Below are positions 1 to 7,688 of a DNA stretch of 43,579 bases, one piece after another. The position numbers and the translations under genes are program-made. Numbering within the stretch: position 1 is the stretch's first letter; each line of letters begins with the position of its first letter. Source of the stretch: a virus (lineage: Duplodnaviria > Caudoviricetes); the IMG/VR virus record IMGVR_UViG_3300044262_000014, positions 1 through 43,579 of that record; one strand, written 5' to 3'. Under the pieces are notes generated by a model, which did not search any database, had not been told where the DNA came from, and worked only from the letters and a program-made list of their open reading frames with translations.

Positions 1-71
1 ACGGCCAACTCATCGGCTAGCCCGAAGGCTGGAAGAATGGCAAGTATTGCGGCGATGATTGCGGTTTTCAT
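1..71 (-). CDS. 5' part (signal peptide) of a junction-spanning putative outer-membrane beta-barrel protein; continues at 43579..43255
   Basis: ATG at 71-69 overlaps the stop of the upstream ORF (ATGA). MKTAIIAAILAILPAFGLA-DE resembles a Sec signal peptide. The frame continues GT|C CGC AGC CAA into the window end. Confidence 0.7.
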   Translation of the reverse strand, partial: MKTAIIAAILAILPAFGLADELA

Positions 72-391
72 TTGTTGTCTCCCTTGGCTTTGGCGATGGC
101 GGAATTCATTTTCACAAGTAGCGGGTAGTTGCCTTGTTCTTCGGGTATTGCAATGCCATGCTTGTCTATGTAATCACGGCGCGCAGATTCCATCGCCTCA
201 AGCAACTCAGGCGCGGCGGCGATGAGGTGAGCATTTGCATCGCACTCTGCGCGGTATTTTTCTCTGTAGTTGTCTCCACAGCCAAGCCCCCAAGTAAGAG
301 CGACTTTTCTGCCATTCTCTGCGCGGACATCACATTTAAGTCCGCTTGCTCTGTCTCTTTGCCAAGGCCCTGGTGTATGTTCTGCGTTCAT
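68..391 (-). CDS. Hypothetical phage protein (HTPGPW...ANAHLIAAAPELLEA type)
   Basis: Motif pattern common in small phage early proteins; RBS AAGGAG precedes the ATG at 391. Confidence 0.75.
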   Translation of the reverse strand: MNAEHTPGPWQRDRASGLKCDVRAENGRKVALTWGLGCGDNYREKYRAECDANAHLIAAAPELLEAMESARRDYIDKHGIAIPEEQGNYPLLVKMNSAIAKAKGDNK

Positions 392-440
392 GGTTTTCTC
401 CTTTGTTGTTTTTTTTGGTATGCCGCGGTAATGCTGTGAC

Positions 441-722
441 TTATTCCTCGTCAACCAGCCAGCCGATTTTGCGGGCGCAGGCATCAACCTTGTCGCCCAT
501 GCCTTCGCAGTATCCAAGCTCATGAATTACTTCGGTGCGTTGTGCGTGCTTCTCGTCAAGATATTCGATAGCTTGCTGAACTGTTCCAATTTCGCCGGCT
601 GATTCGCTCCGGTCTTGATATGCCTGCGCGTTGATGCGGTTGATAAAGTCCGCTTCGTCGTTGCAGATGAAGGCGCTGTAAGGGTATGCGCTGCCGTTTT
701 TTGTTTCGCTGATGATAAGCAT
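441..722 (-). CDS. Hypothetical protein, first gene of the leftward accessory operon
   Basis: 93 aa ORF with RBS GGAG, directly downstream of a promoter-like sequence. Confidence 0.7.
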   Translation of the reverse strand: MLIISETKNGSAYPYSAFICNDEADFINRINAQAYQDRSESAGEIGTVQQAIEYLDEKHAQRTEVIHELGYCEGMGDKVDACARKIGWLVDEE

Positions 723-774
723 GTTCGTCTCCCGGGTTGTTGTTTGGTTATGCTGTTGTCATGCTACGGCGCGA

Positions 775-803
775 ACTTTAGCAAAACTGCAAACGAAGTG
801 CAA
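775..803 (-). promoter_or_regulatory. Sigma70-like promoter for the leftward accessory operon
   Basis: Minus strand TTGCAC-N17-TAAAGT; the spacer overlaps the operator-like motif GCAAAACTGCAAACGA. Confidence 0.6.
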
Positions 804-823
804 GCGAAATATTGCAAAAGTGT

Positions 824-855
824 AAAAACCCCGCAAACGCCCGGACGGGCGGGGG
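824..855 (-). terminator. Intrinsic terminator after the integrase
   Basis: Minus strand CCCCGC...GCGGGG stem followed by TTTTT, about 30 nt after the int stop. Confidence 0.65.
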
Positions 856-884
856 AGATCGCCGGATGGTCGACTACTGGATGG

Positions 885-1865
885 TCAGGCTAGCTTGTCG
901 GCCAGCTCTTCAATATCAGGCTGGTAATAGACAGCCTGCAGAATGCGCAGGTCGCGGTGGCCGGACACTTTTGCCAGCTCCATCACGGTGAAGCGCTTTG
1001 ATAGCCTGGTAAGGGCGGTGCGGCGGGTGTCGTGGAACGTGAAGCCTGCCAGCATTGCGCGGGCCTTGGCTTTACGGAACAGCGCGTCAATCTGCGCCGG
1101 GGTGATGGCAAATATCAGGTCGCCAGCGGCGGGCGCGTGATCGCCGCGTAGCCTGGCAACGATTTCCATGGCCTTGCTGGATAACGGGACGCGGCGCTCG
1201 CTGCCGTTTTTCGTCAGCGGCAGGTGGGCCACCCTGCCGGCAATATCCTGCCAGCGCAGGCCGCAGATTTCGCCGGCGCGCATCGCCGTCTCGATGGCAA
1301 ACAGGAAAGCAGCGCCGACGCGGCCGGTAACCGTGCTGTAATCCTGCCCAAGCGCGTACAGGATGGCATCTATCTCACTGTCGGAAATAACCCGGCTGCG
1401 CGGCTTTGGCGGGGGCGGGCGGCTGACATCCTCCATCGGGTGCAATTTCAGCCAGTGCCATTCCTTTTTGGCAATCGAGCAGGCGTGCGAAAGCAGCGTC
1501 CATTCCCGGCGCACAGTGCCTGCTGTGACCGCGCGCAAGCGCCTGTCGCGCCATTCAGCGAAGTGAGGCGGGGATAGATCGGAAAGGCGGACAGCGGCGA
1601 TGCTGTCGCGGCACAGAAGGCCAATTTTGACGCGCTCCCAGCGAGAGCCGCGCTTTTTGGGTGATACCGTGTCGGCGTAGCGCTTAAGGAGATCCCCGAA
1701 CGTTTTGTCGGGGACTTGGCCGAGCTTCCCGGCTAGAATCTCCGCCTCGATTTTTGCAGCCCAAACCTGCGCGGCTGCCTTCGTGGGGAATGTAGCGGAC
1801 TGCCGGCCTCCGCCTTTGGCAACTTCTACCCGCCAAGTGTTCCCGCGCTTTCTGAAGCTTGCCAT
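885..1865 (-). CDS. int: Tyrosine recombinase / phage integrase
   Basis: Catalytic set R (TAMRAGE), K (TKNG), HxxR (HDTRR), H (GHRD), Y (VYYQP); N-terminal arm-binding-like MASFRKRGNTWRVEV; adjacent to attP. Confidence 0.95.
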   Translation of the reverse strand: MASFRKRGNTWRVEVAKGGGRQSATFPTKAAAQVWAAKIEAEILAGKLGQVPDKTFGDLLKRYADTVSPKKRGSRWERVKIGLLCRDSIAAVRLSDLSPPHFAEWRDRRLRAVTAGTVRREWTLLSHACSIAKKEWHWLKLHPMEDVSRPPPPKPRSRVISDSEIDAILYALGQDYSTVTGRVGAAFLFAIETAMRAGEICGLRWQDIAGRVAHLPLTKNGSERRVPLSSKAMEIVARLRGDHAPAAGDLIFAITPAQIDALFRKAKARAMLAGFTFHDTRRTALTRLSKRFTVMELAKVSGHRDLRILQAVYYQPDIEELADKLA

Positions 1866-2049
1866 TGGCGGAATTTGTGGCGGGCTGGTGGCGTAGTGGG
1901 GGCGGGGGTTCCCGGTGATTATAGGGTGAATCTGGTGTTGATTCTACGGGGATTTACTGGGGCGCGGAGCGCTGCTGGTGCCGAGAAGAGGCAGCAGATT
2001 TTCAATGCAATCAGGCGCTTGTGCGCGATTGGCGTAATTTTGGCGGGGC
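1865..2049. repeat. Integrase arm-type direct repeats flanking the attP core
   Basis: TTGGCGGAATTTGTGGCGGG (~1865-1884) and TTGGCGTAATTTTGGCGGGG (~2029-2048), plus TGGCGTAG at ~1889. Confidence 0.6.
1976..1991 (-). other. attP core matching a tRNA 3' end (probably tRNA-Leu)
   Basis: Minus strand reads CCTCTTCTCGGCACCA, i.e. T-stem 3' half, acceptor stem and CCA as I recall them in betaproteobacterial tRNA-Leu. It lies in the intergenic gap next to int. Confidence 0.75.
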
Positions 2050-2061
2050 CGCATGCCAATC

Positions 2062-2280
2062 TCATGCGCGGCCCGTCTGATCCATCATCACGGCGCGGGC
2101 CAGCGCTTCGCATGTCGGGCATGGGCTTGCATTGCCTTCAGCTGCCACTTTTGCGTGTTTCATCGCGGCCTTCCATGCCACCTTCCAGTTGTCCCATGCG
2201 ACGGATGTCTGGATGTCCATATCGTCGCACACCTCAAAGCCGTGCCATTTTTCAAATTCTCTTCGCATCAGCGACTTCAT
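2062..2280 (-). CDS. Hypothetical protein
   Basis: 72 aa ORF with ATGA coupling to the upstream gene; C-terminal CPTC. Confidence 0.65.
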   Translation of the reverse strand: MKSLMRREFEKWHGFEVCDDMDIQTSVAWDNWKVAWKAAMKHAKVAAEGNASPCPTCEALARAVMMDQTGRA

Positions 2281-2579
2281 AGCTCATCCTTTCTCGGCGC
2301 AAGGCCGGTTGTTTCTGTGTCGGTCACTTTCTTCATCACTGAAAATTTCAACGTTGTAATGTCGTACCCTCTTGCCTCGAGTTCCTGCCGCAAAGTCCGT
2401 CCGTCTTCGGGGAACAACACGGTGCGCTCGAAAGCAATTGCAAGCATCCTGCTGTCGCGCTTCATCCCGCATTCGTTGTCCGGGTAGCAGTAAAACAAGT
2501 CCTCGTCGCCGTACTCTTTCCCGTACTTGACGAGCAGTTCCCCGTCTTTCGCTTTTGGTGTTCTGAGCCTCTTTCGCAT
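2277..2579 (-). CDS. Hypothetical protein
   Basis: 100 aa ORF with RBS GGAGG. Confidence 0.75.
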   Translation of the reverse strand: MRKRLRTPKAKDGELLVKYGKEYGDEDLFYCYPDNECGMKRDSRMLAIAFERTVLFPEDGRTLRQELEARGYDITTLKFSVMKKVTDTETTGLAPRKDEL

Positions 2580-2599
2580 AGTTCCTCCAGTTTAAAACC

Positions 2600-2624
2600 G
2601 CCTAGCCCGGCGGTGAAGCCGGAC
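2600..2624 (+). repeat. attC-like element A (left half only)
   Basis: GCCTAGC-CCGGC-GGTGAAGC-CGGAC resembles R''-spacer-L'' of integron attC sites, with AAC changed to AGC. Confidence 0.45.
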
Positions 2625-2633
2625 TATGTGTTG

Positions 2634-2909
2634 TCATCTTGCCGTCGCGTGTCGAATTCTGTCGAATACCTCGCCAGCCCAAACCCGCTCATCGCCAACT
2701 GGACACTCTACGAAGAACTCGTGCCATGCCTTCTCAGCCTCACGCAGCTTCTCGTGCGCTATTCGTCGAGCAGATTCCAATTGCTGTTCAGGGGTCGCAC
2801 GAGGCGGATGATCGGCCATCGGCTTACGCACGTCGTGATTGCAATAGTTGTTGCAGTGCGCATCACCTGGTATGCAATCCACGCCGCAAATCATCACTTT
2901 CTTAGTCAT
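2634..2909 (-). CDS. Hypothetical Cys-containing protein
   Basis: RBS AGGAG before the ATG at 2909; lies between attC-like elements A and B. Confidence 0.7.
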   Translation of the reverse strand: MTKKVMICGVDCIPGDAHCNNYCNHDVRKPMADHPPRATPEQQLESARRIAHEKLREAEKAWHEFFVECPVGDERVWAGEVFDRIRHATAR

Positions 2910-2940
2910 CGTTTTTCTCCTGCGGCTGTCTAGGGTCGCC

Positions 2941-2997
2941 GCCAAACCCTACATTTCGGCGGGACCGCTGCGCGGTACCTGAATTACATCGCCGGGC
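2941..2997 (+). repeat. attC-like element B (full length, 57 bp, degenerate)
   Basis: GCCAAAC-N5-ATTTCGG-C-GGGACCGC-TGC-GCGGTAC-CTGAAT-N6-GCCGGGC: imperfect palindrome with R''/L''/L'/R' spacing and an extra base in L''. Confidence 0.6.
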
Positions 2998-3176
2998 GTC
3001 GCGGTGCTATCAGTTTTTATGGCGCGCGGATCGCTTGGGAATAAGTTAGAACGCACCCATTGTTTGTATCGCGCATCGTATCTTCCGCACTCCACGCATG
3101 GGCCAAGCGGAACCATCGTATAAACCTCGTGCCTCTGGTATTCTGGGAAACATTCCTCACAAAGAGTGATCGCCAT
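2949..3176 (-). CDS. Hypothetical zinc-binding protein (two CxxC)
   Basis: CEEC and CVEC motifs; TGATG coupling; the C-terminus is read through attC-like B. Confidence 0.6.
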   Translation of the reverse strand: MAITLCEECFPEYQRHEVYTMVPLGPCVECGRYDARYKQWVRSNLFPSDPRAIKTDSTATPGDVIQVPRSGPAEM

Positions 3177-3469
3177 CACACCGCTTGACCGCATTTATTG
3201 CAGATTGACCCGCATGGTGCTAAGTAGTTGCACCCATGATGCTCAACCCCGCGACACGGCTTATTAAGTACCCCTCGCGCTTTCCAGGACTCAAGAGCAG
3301 TCTCTTTTTTAGAGGTGAATGGATTGTCGCAAAACGTGCCTTCCATTCGCCACCACTTTTCAAACGCCTCCCGCTCCATTTTTTCAAGCATGACGGCGAG
3401 CTCATCATTCAAGCGGGACTGCCAATCTGCGTGTTCTTTGTAGTTCGGTTGTTCTACATCCGGCCCCAT
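3176..3469 (-). CDS. Hypothetical protein with Cys-rich C-terminus
   Basis: 97 aa ORF ending CNYLAPCGSICNKCG. Confidence 0.65.
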   Translation of the reverse strand: MGPDVEQPNYKEHADWQSRLNDELAVMLEKMEREAFEKWWRMEGTFCDNPFTSKKETALESWKARGVLNKPCRGVEHHGCNYLAPCGSICNKCGQAV

Positions 3470-3491
3470 TTCATCCTACCTTTCTGCGGAA

Positions 3492-3518
3492 GCGCCGCCG
3501 TTTACTTTTGCGTTGGGT
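3492..3518 (+). repeat. attC-like element C (right half only)
   Basis: GCCGTTTAC-TTTTGC-GTTGGGT: L'-spacer-R' with a perfect GTTRRRY at 3512-3518; intergenic. Confidence 0.5.
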
Positions 3519-3522
3519 GTCA

Positions 3523-3909
3523 CTAGCGACGCACCTTTCCGCTTCGGTATTTCTGCTGCGGCCCATGTGCCTGGCGTTTATCATCAACACATCCAAGCGG
3601 AGTAAGCTCATCGAGCCACGCTCGGGTTATCTCCGGTTTTCGGGTAATCGGGAGCTCGTTCGCTTGCACAACGTCGGCGCCGGCCGCAATCAGCGCAGCG
3701 GCAATCGCTACACTCCGCTTCCCCGCGCCAACTACCAAGATTCGTTTCTTATCCAGACGCGCATCACGAAGGCATCCTTGCTTTCCTTCCGATGGGTATA
3801 GACAAGGAGCGCTTCCATCGTTTCCGTTGCAAGCCGGGCATAGCCCTGCGGCCGAGCCGGGCTCCTCACTACGCTGCGCTTCGTTCGCTCCGGCTTCGTA
3901 TGTGCTCAT
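3523..3909 (-). CDS. Hypothetical protein
   Basis: ATGA-coupled to xis; the N-terminus (GANEAQRSEEPGSAAGLCP) is translated from attC-like D. Confidence 0.65.
   Translation of the reverse strand: MSTYEAGANEAQRSEEPGSAAGLCPACNGNDGSAPCLYPSEGKQGCLRDARLDKKRILVVGAGKRSVAIAAALIAAGADVVQANELPITRKPEITRAWLDELTPLGCVDDKRQAHGPQQKYRSGKVRR
3838..3897 (+). repeat. attC-like element D (R''-L''-central region-L', R' eroded)
   Basis: GCATAGC-CCTGC-GGCCGAGCCGG...CACTACGCTGCGCTTCGTTCG...CCGGCTTC; GAGCCGG pairs with CCGGCT(T)C. Confidence 0.5.
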
Positions 3910-4124
3910 GTTGCTCCCTCCCTGCATGATTCAAGATGCTCAGCAACATCGCGGAAATCCGCATACCGCTTGCCGCCATCGAGATATGTTTTAACCGGGA
4001 ACGTTCCCGCCCCCACCTGGTTGTAAATTGTGTTTTTCGCAATGCCGAGCGCTTTGGCCAGCTGATCCATATTCAGCCGCGCCCCGTATTTGTCGAACAC
4101 GAAGGCTTCGAGCACTAAACTCAT
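3906..4124 (-). CDS. Excisionase / AlpA-like winged-helix DNA-binding protein
   Basis: LNMDQLAKALGIAKNTIYNQVGAGTFP HTH pattern; 72 aa; near int/attP. Confidence 0.75.
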   Translation of the reverse strand: MSLVLEAFVFDKYGARLNMDQLAKALGIAKNTIYNQVGAGTFPVKTYLDGGKRYADFRDVAEHLESCREGAT

Positions 4125-4390
4125 TTCAGTAGTTCCTTTCGTTTTTTCGCACTCTTTGCTGCATTCTTGGCTCTGTGGCAATCCGTGCACAATGTGCCTT
4201 GCACGTTCCCGTTTTTCGTCGTGTGACGCTTGGGATGCCCGCATTTCGAACAAGGCTTGGACGCGTTGCGTGCATAGCTTTCATTCACCGTTACCGTTTT
4301 TTTCTGCAGGATTCTCTGATGCGCCACGACTTGCGGCTTGGGCCAGTGCGCTGGTATTGGCGGGATGAAGATGTCAGCGAGGGTGGGCAT
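4121..4390 (-). CDS. Hypothetical protein with two CxxC motifs
   Basis: CSKC and CTDC; coupled to both ssb and xis. Confidence 0.6.
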   Translation of the reverse strand: MPTLADIFIPPIPAHWPKPQVVAHQRILQKKTVTVNESYARNASKPCSKCGHPKRHTTKNGNVQGTLCTDCHRAKNAAKSAKKRKELLK

Positions 4391-4881
4391 TACACGACCC
4401 GCCATGAGAATTTATACGGGTCTTGGAACGGGATATCATCGTCAAAGTTGTCGAAGTTGCCCGTGCGTGCCGGAGCTGGCTTCCCTGCTGTCGCGGGTTT
4501 GCGAGCCTGCGGTGCGCTAGAGTCAGAGCCTTGATCTTGATGATCGCCGCCGGACTTGCTGCCCAGCATCTGCATCTCGTTGACGATGATCTCGGTGGTG
4601 TAGCGATCCTGGCCTTCCTTGGTCTGCCATTTGCGCGTTTGCAGCTTGCCTTCGATGTAGACCTGCGAGCCTTTTTTCAGGTACTCGCCAGCAACCTCGG
4701 CCAGGCGGCGGTAGAACACTAGGTTATGCCACTCGGTTTTCTCTTGCTTCTCGCCGGATTTGTCTTTCCAGTTTTCCGATGTTGCAAGCGTAGCGTTGGT
4801 AACCGCCTCGCCATTGGTCATGTACCTGGTTTCCGGGTCTTTGCCCAGCCTCCCGACGAGGATTACTTTATTCACTGACAT
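4390..4881 (-). CDS. ssb: Single-stranded DNA-binding protein
   Basis: [21 protein letters not shown] and acidic DNFDDDIPF motifs, with a short extension after DIPF. Confidence 0.97.
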   Translation of the reverse strand: MSVNKVILVGRLGKDPETRYMTNGEAVTNATLATSENWKDKSGEKQEKTEWHNLVFYRRLAEVAGEYLKKGSQVYIEGKLQTRKWQTKEGQDRYTTEIIVNEMQMLGSKSGGDHQDQGSDSSAPQARKPATAGKPAPARTGNFDNFDDDIPFQDPYKFSWRVV

Positions 4882-5270
4882 ACTGTTTCCCTTCCATTAA
4901 TTGCCGCAATTACGGCGTGGCACCCGTCCACGTCCAGCATCCCGATGTGCATATTCGCGACCGATACCCCGAGCGCATCCGCCAGCCATGCATAGGCCTC
5001 TGTTCTGGTCATATCGCCTGACTTCCACAGCGGATCAAACGCTGCATGTGCTGCTTGCTTCCACTTGCGCAGCTCGGCATTTGCCAGGCGGCCAAGCGGC
5101 TCCGTGCCGTCCTGATTGTGCTTTCTGCTGCGGGGGTGGCATCCGACCCATGCATTGCAGTTCGCGCAGTGCCAGAACTTTTTGCCAACGAGGTCATGGC
5201 GATGCGGATACAGCACAGACCCGTTGACCAGCTTTGCCGGGCGATGGCAATAGTCGCAGGTAATTGTCAT
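4872..5270 (-). CDS. Zinc-finger protein (DUF3268-like)
   Basis: CDYC...[30 protein letters not shown] and HIG motifs. Confidence 0.8.
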   Translation of the reverse strand: MTITCDYCHRPAKLVNGSVLYPHRHDLVGKKFWHCANCNAWVGCHPRSRKHNQDGTEPLGRLANAELRKWKQAAHAAFDPLWKSGDMTRTEAYAWLADALGVSVANMHIGMLDVDGCHAVIAAINGRETVCQ

Positions 5271-6202
5271 GGCATTACCTCTGGATAGCCGTCGTGCCGC
5301 ACGCCATCGAGCAGGCGGCCGGCGGCTTTCTTGCTGAATCGGCGCGAAACTTCGCCGTCACGCCAACCATCAGCCGTTCCTCCGGGCCACGCGAACCATT
5401 CCCCGTTCTGTCCTGGCATGGTAATGGCGCCACTGTCGCGCTCCGCGGGCGCCCACTCGCCCCATTGCTTGAACAGGAACGGCACGCCGGCCGCCGCACA
5501 CTGATCGCGCAGGCTTCTCGCCCAATCTGGATGCATCGGGCGAGCGTTGTGGCCGCTCTCGCCTCCGACAACAACCCAGTCGAGCATGTCGTGCAAGTGC
5601 CCGATGTTGCGGCGCATCCATTCGGCACCATCCTCGTACTGGATGATGTCAAGCCACCGGCTCAGATCAACCGGCCCAAGCAGCGGCTCCATTGACAGCC
5701 AGCGAACGCGCGCCTTCACACGCAGCAACTTCTGAATGTCGCGGTCAGCTTCCTCCTGATTGACGACGCTGATCCCAAGCCAAACATTGGACGGCAGCGA
5801 CACCGACCAGCGATCGGGAATCATCCGACCTACATTGCTGATGCGTTTGGTAAGAATCAACCATGTCAGGTGCGGCGTGTCGTCGATTAACTTCCACAGG
5901 CGTTCGCGGTGTTCCTGCTGCACCTCGTTGTCGAAAACATCCGCCATGCTGGCGCAGAACACGCGCCACTGGGCTGCCGGGTCTTTCGCTTGCTCTTCGG
6001 CGGCCTTACGGTTCCAGCGAAGCGGCTCGTTCCAGTGCTTGTCGCCAAAGTAGCGACGAGACTCTGCGATGCCCCACTGCGTCCCGAACCTGTTACCAGT
6101 CGCTTCGGCATAGCAGTTGTCGCAGGCCGGGCTGACCTTCGTGCAACCCCACCACGGGTTGAATGTGGAGCGCGTCCATTCGATGTTCGATTTCTCTCCC
6201 AT
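5267..6202 (-). CDS. Phage Gp37/Gp68 (DUF5131) family protein
   Basis: SNIEWT..TFNPWWGCTKVSPACDNCYAE, VFCASMADVF, LTKR, SMEPLLGPV, WVVVGGESG and FKQWG motifs; likely start at 6202. Confidence 0.9.
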   Translation of the reverse strand: MGEKSNIEWTRSTFNPWWGCTKVSPACDNCYAEATGNRFGTQWGIAESRRYFGDKHWNEPLRWNRKAAEEQAKDPAAQWRVFCASMADVFDNEVQQEHRERLWKLIDDTPHLTWLILTKRISNVGRMIPDRWSVSLPSNVWLGISVVNQEEADRDIQKLLRVKARVRWLSMEPLLGPVDLSRWLDIIQYEDGAEWMRRNIGHLHDMLDWVVVGGESGHNARPMHPDWARSLRDQCAAAGVPFLFKQWGEWAPAERDSGAITMPGQNGEWFAWPGGTADGWRDGEVSRRFSKKAAGRLLDGVRHDGYPEVMP

Positions 6203-6203
6203 G

Positions 6204-6623
6204 TCAGTACGCCTTCCCGCCTTCGGCCCTGCGATTCTCCGGCTTATGGTCGGCGCGCTGTGCGTTGAATGCCAGCTTGTCGGCAATCGCCCCTGCCACG
6301 TCGTAGCCCATGCCTCCGGCCAAGTCGAAGATGCGGATGACGGCATCAGCCAGCTCGACCTCAACCATCCGGCGATACGGCAGCTTGTCGTCCATCAGCC
6401 CTTTGCGGTGGCCTTCCATCGCCTCGCTGATCTCGCTATGGATCAGGCACAGCAGCTCAGGGACATTGCGCTTGCCGCGCATATCCTCGCCTGTTTGCAG
6501 GTCGTTCCACCAGCCAGCGCGAAGTGATGCTCCATGACAGGCGATTGTCAGAATCTGTGCGGCTTCGGCCGTGAAGACATCCCTGTCGCGCGCCATGTCG
6601 CGCTCTATGATTTCGCAGGTCAT
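6204..6623 (-). CDS. MazG-like nucleotide pyrophosphohydrolase
   Basis: LIHSEISEAMEG...EVELADAVIRIFDLAG acidic metal-binding pattern of all-alpha NTP-PPases. Confidence 0.8.
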   Translation of the reverse strand: MTCEIIERDMARDRDVFTAEAAQILTIACHGASLRAGWWNDLQTGEDMRGKRNVPELLCLIHSEISEAMEGHRKGLMDDKLPYRRMVEVELADAVIRIFDLAGGMGYDVAGAIADKLAFNAQRADHKPENRRAEGGKAY

Positions 6624-6817
6624 GCCGCCCCCTTTCTGCAGCGACGGCCAGATCGGATATAGCCTATGCGCAGCAATTGTCGGTTCGCGTGCGCGAGTGT
6701 AACGCCGGGAATGAGGTGCTTGTCATAAAACGCCGAATCGATTGATGCCTTGCACTGGGTTACTTTGACCATTGTCTGTTCGCCCGTTTTTTGGTTTGTA
6801 TATTTGACTTTGTTCAT
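6620..6817 (-). CDS. Hypothetical protein
   Basis: 65 aa, ATGA-coupled to the next gene. Confidence 0.5.
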   Translation of the reverse strand: MNKVKYTNQKTGEQTMVKVTQCKASIDSAFYDKHLIPGVTLAHANRQLLRIGYIRSGRRCRKGAA

Positions 6818-6846
6818 AACTTTGTCTGCCTTTCTTTCTTGTTGTC

Positions 6847-7317
6847 TTAAACGTCCAGCTCTTTCTGGCGGGCGCGGATCGTGATTTTTGTCTGCTCGCC
6901 CAGCAGCTCGGCGATAGTCGCAATCTCGCCGCCGTGCGGCTTGAATGACGCGCTTAAAGTCAGGCGAACCCGCTGGATGTCTGTGTAGTCATCGCGGTCA
7001 GTGCCTCTCGGCTCGATGTACGGTTCAATCTCAAATTTCGACAAGCGGACATCGATGAACGAGAAGCCGCACAATTCAATTTCCATATTCACCTGCTCGC
7101 CTTGCCACTTCACCTTGTCCATCTGCGGGAAACGAACGGTGTCGCCATTGAAGATGAATCCGCGAAGGGAAGCCTCAAACTGAGGCAGCACAGCGACGGC
7201 TGCCTCGTCAATTTCCAGTTTCAGATCGACGGCCAGTTCTTTGTCGTCCTCGTTGCCTTCTTTTCTGGCGTTGATGTGTTTGATCGTTGCCAGGCTGTCT
7301 TCTAGTTCCAGTGCCAT
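6847..7317 (-). CDS. Hypothetical protein
   Basis: 156 aa with RBS AAGGAG. Confidence 0.75.
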   Translation of the reverse strand: MALELEDSLATIKHINARKEGNEDDKELAVDLKLEIDEAAVAVLPQFEASLRGFIFNGDTVRFPQMDKVKWQGEQVNMEIELCGFSFIDVRLSKFEIEPYIEPRGTDRDDYTDIQRVRLTLSASFKPHGGEIATIAELLGEQTKITIRARQKELDV

Positions 7318-7378
7318 GTTGTTCTCCTTGTTGGCTGATGTACTCGCTGGCCGCCCTATGCAGGCCAGCGCACTGCTA

Positions 7379-7657
7379 TTACTCCGCCTCGCGCACCGCG
7401 TCCTTAACCTTCACGAACGGGTAGCGATCAGCACATGGTTTAATGTGCTTTCCGAAGTGCGAGCCGATGGATTCAGCGGCCTTGAAAGCCACGAAGTCGT
7501 CCGCGGTGAAGTTGCTGTAGTGGTACACGCTGCCGGCTCCGGATTTCGCGGCGAACTGGATGGCGAGGGTGTTGGTCGCTGGGTCATGGCCGATTGCGGC
7601 GATCTGGCTGCTTTCAACTGGCTGCATGGGGATTTCTTTGAAGATTACTGGGTTCAT
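7379..7657 (-). CDS. KTSC domain protein
   Basis: MQPVESSQIAAIGHDP..TLAIQF..GSVYHY..F.AAESIGSHF pattern; RBS AGGAG. Confidence 0.85.
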   Translation of the reverse strand: MNPVIFKEIPMQPVESSQIAAIGHDPATNTLAIQFAAKSGAGSVYHYSNFTADDFVAFKAAESIGSHFGKHIKPCADRYPFVKVKDAVREAE

Positions 7658-7688
7658 TACTTCGTTCTCCTGTGTGGTTGTGGATTGA

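Noticed and set aside
885-1865. Integrase as an integron integrase (IntI)
   Set aside because: I see no IntI-specific insertion in the catalytic domain. It has an arm-binding N-terminus and a tRNA-type attP with arm repeats, typical of phage integrases.
2046-2074. GGGCCGCATG...CATGCGCGGCCC hairpin as a fifth attC-like site
   Set aside because: It lacks R/L box geometry, and is more likely a transcript-end hairpin beside attP.
6203-6364. N-terminal extension of DUF5131 given in the ORF track
   Set aside because: It overlaps the MazG-like gene, and the family motif begins at MGEKSNIEWT (6202).
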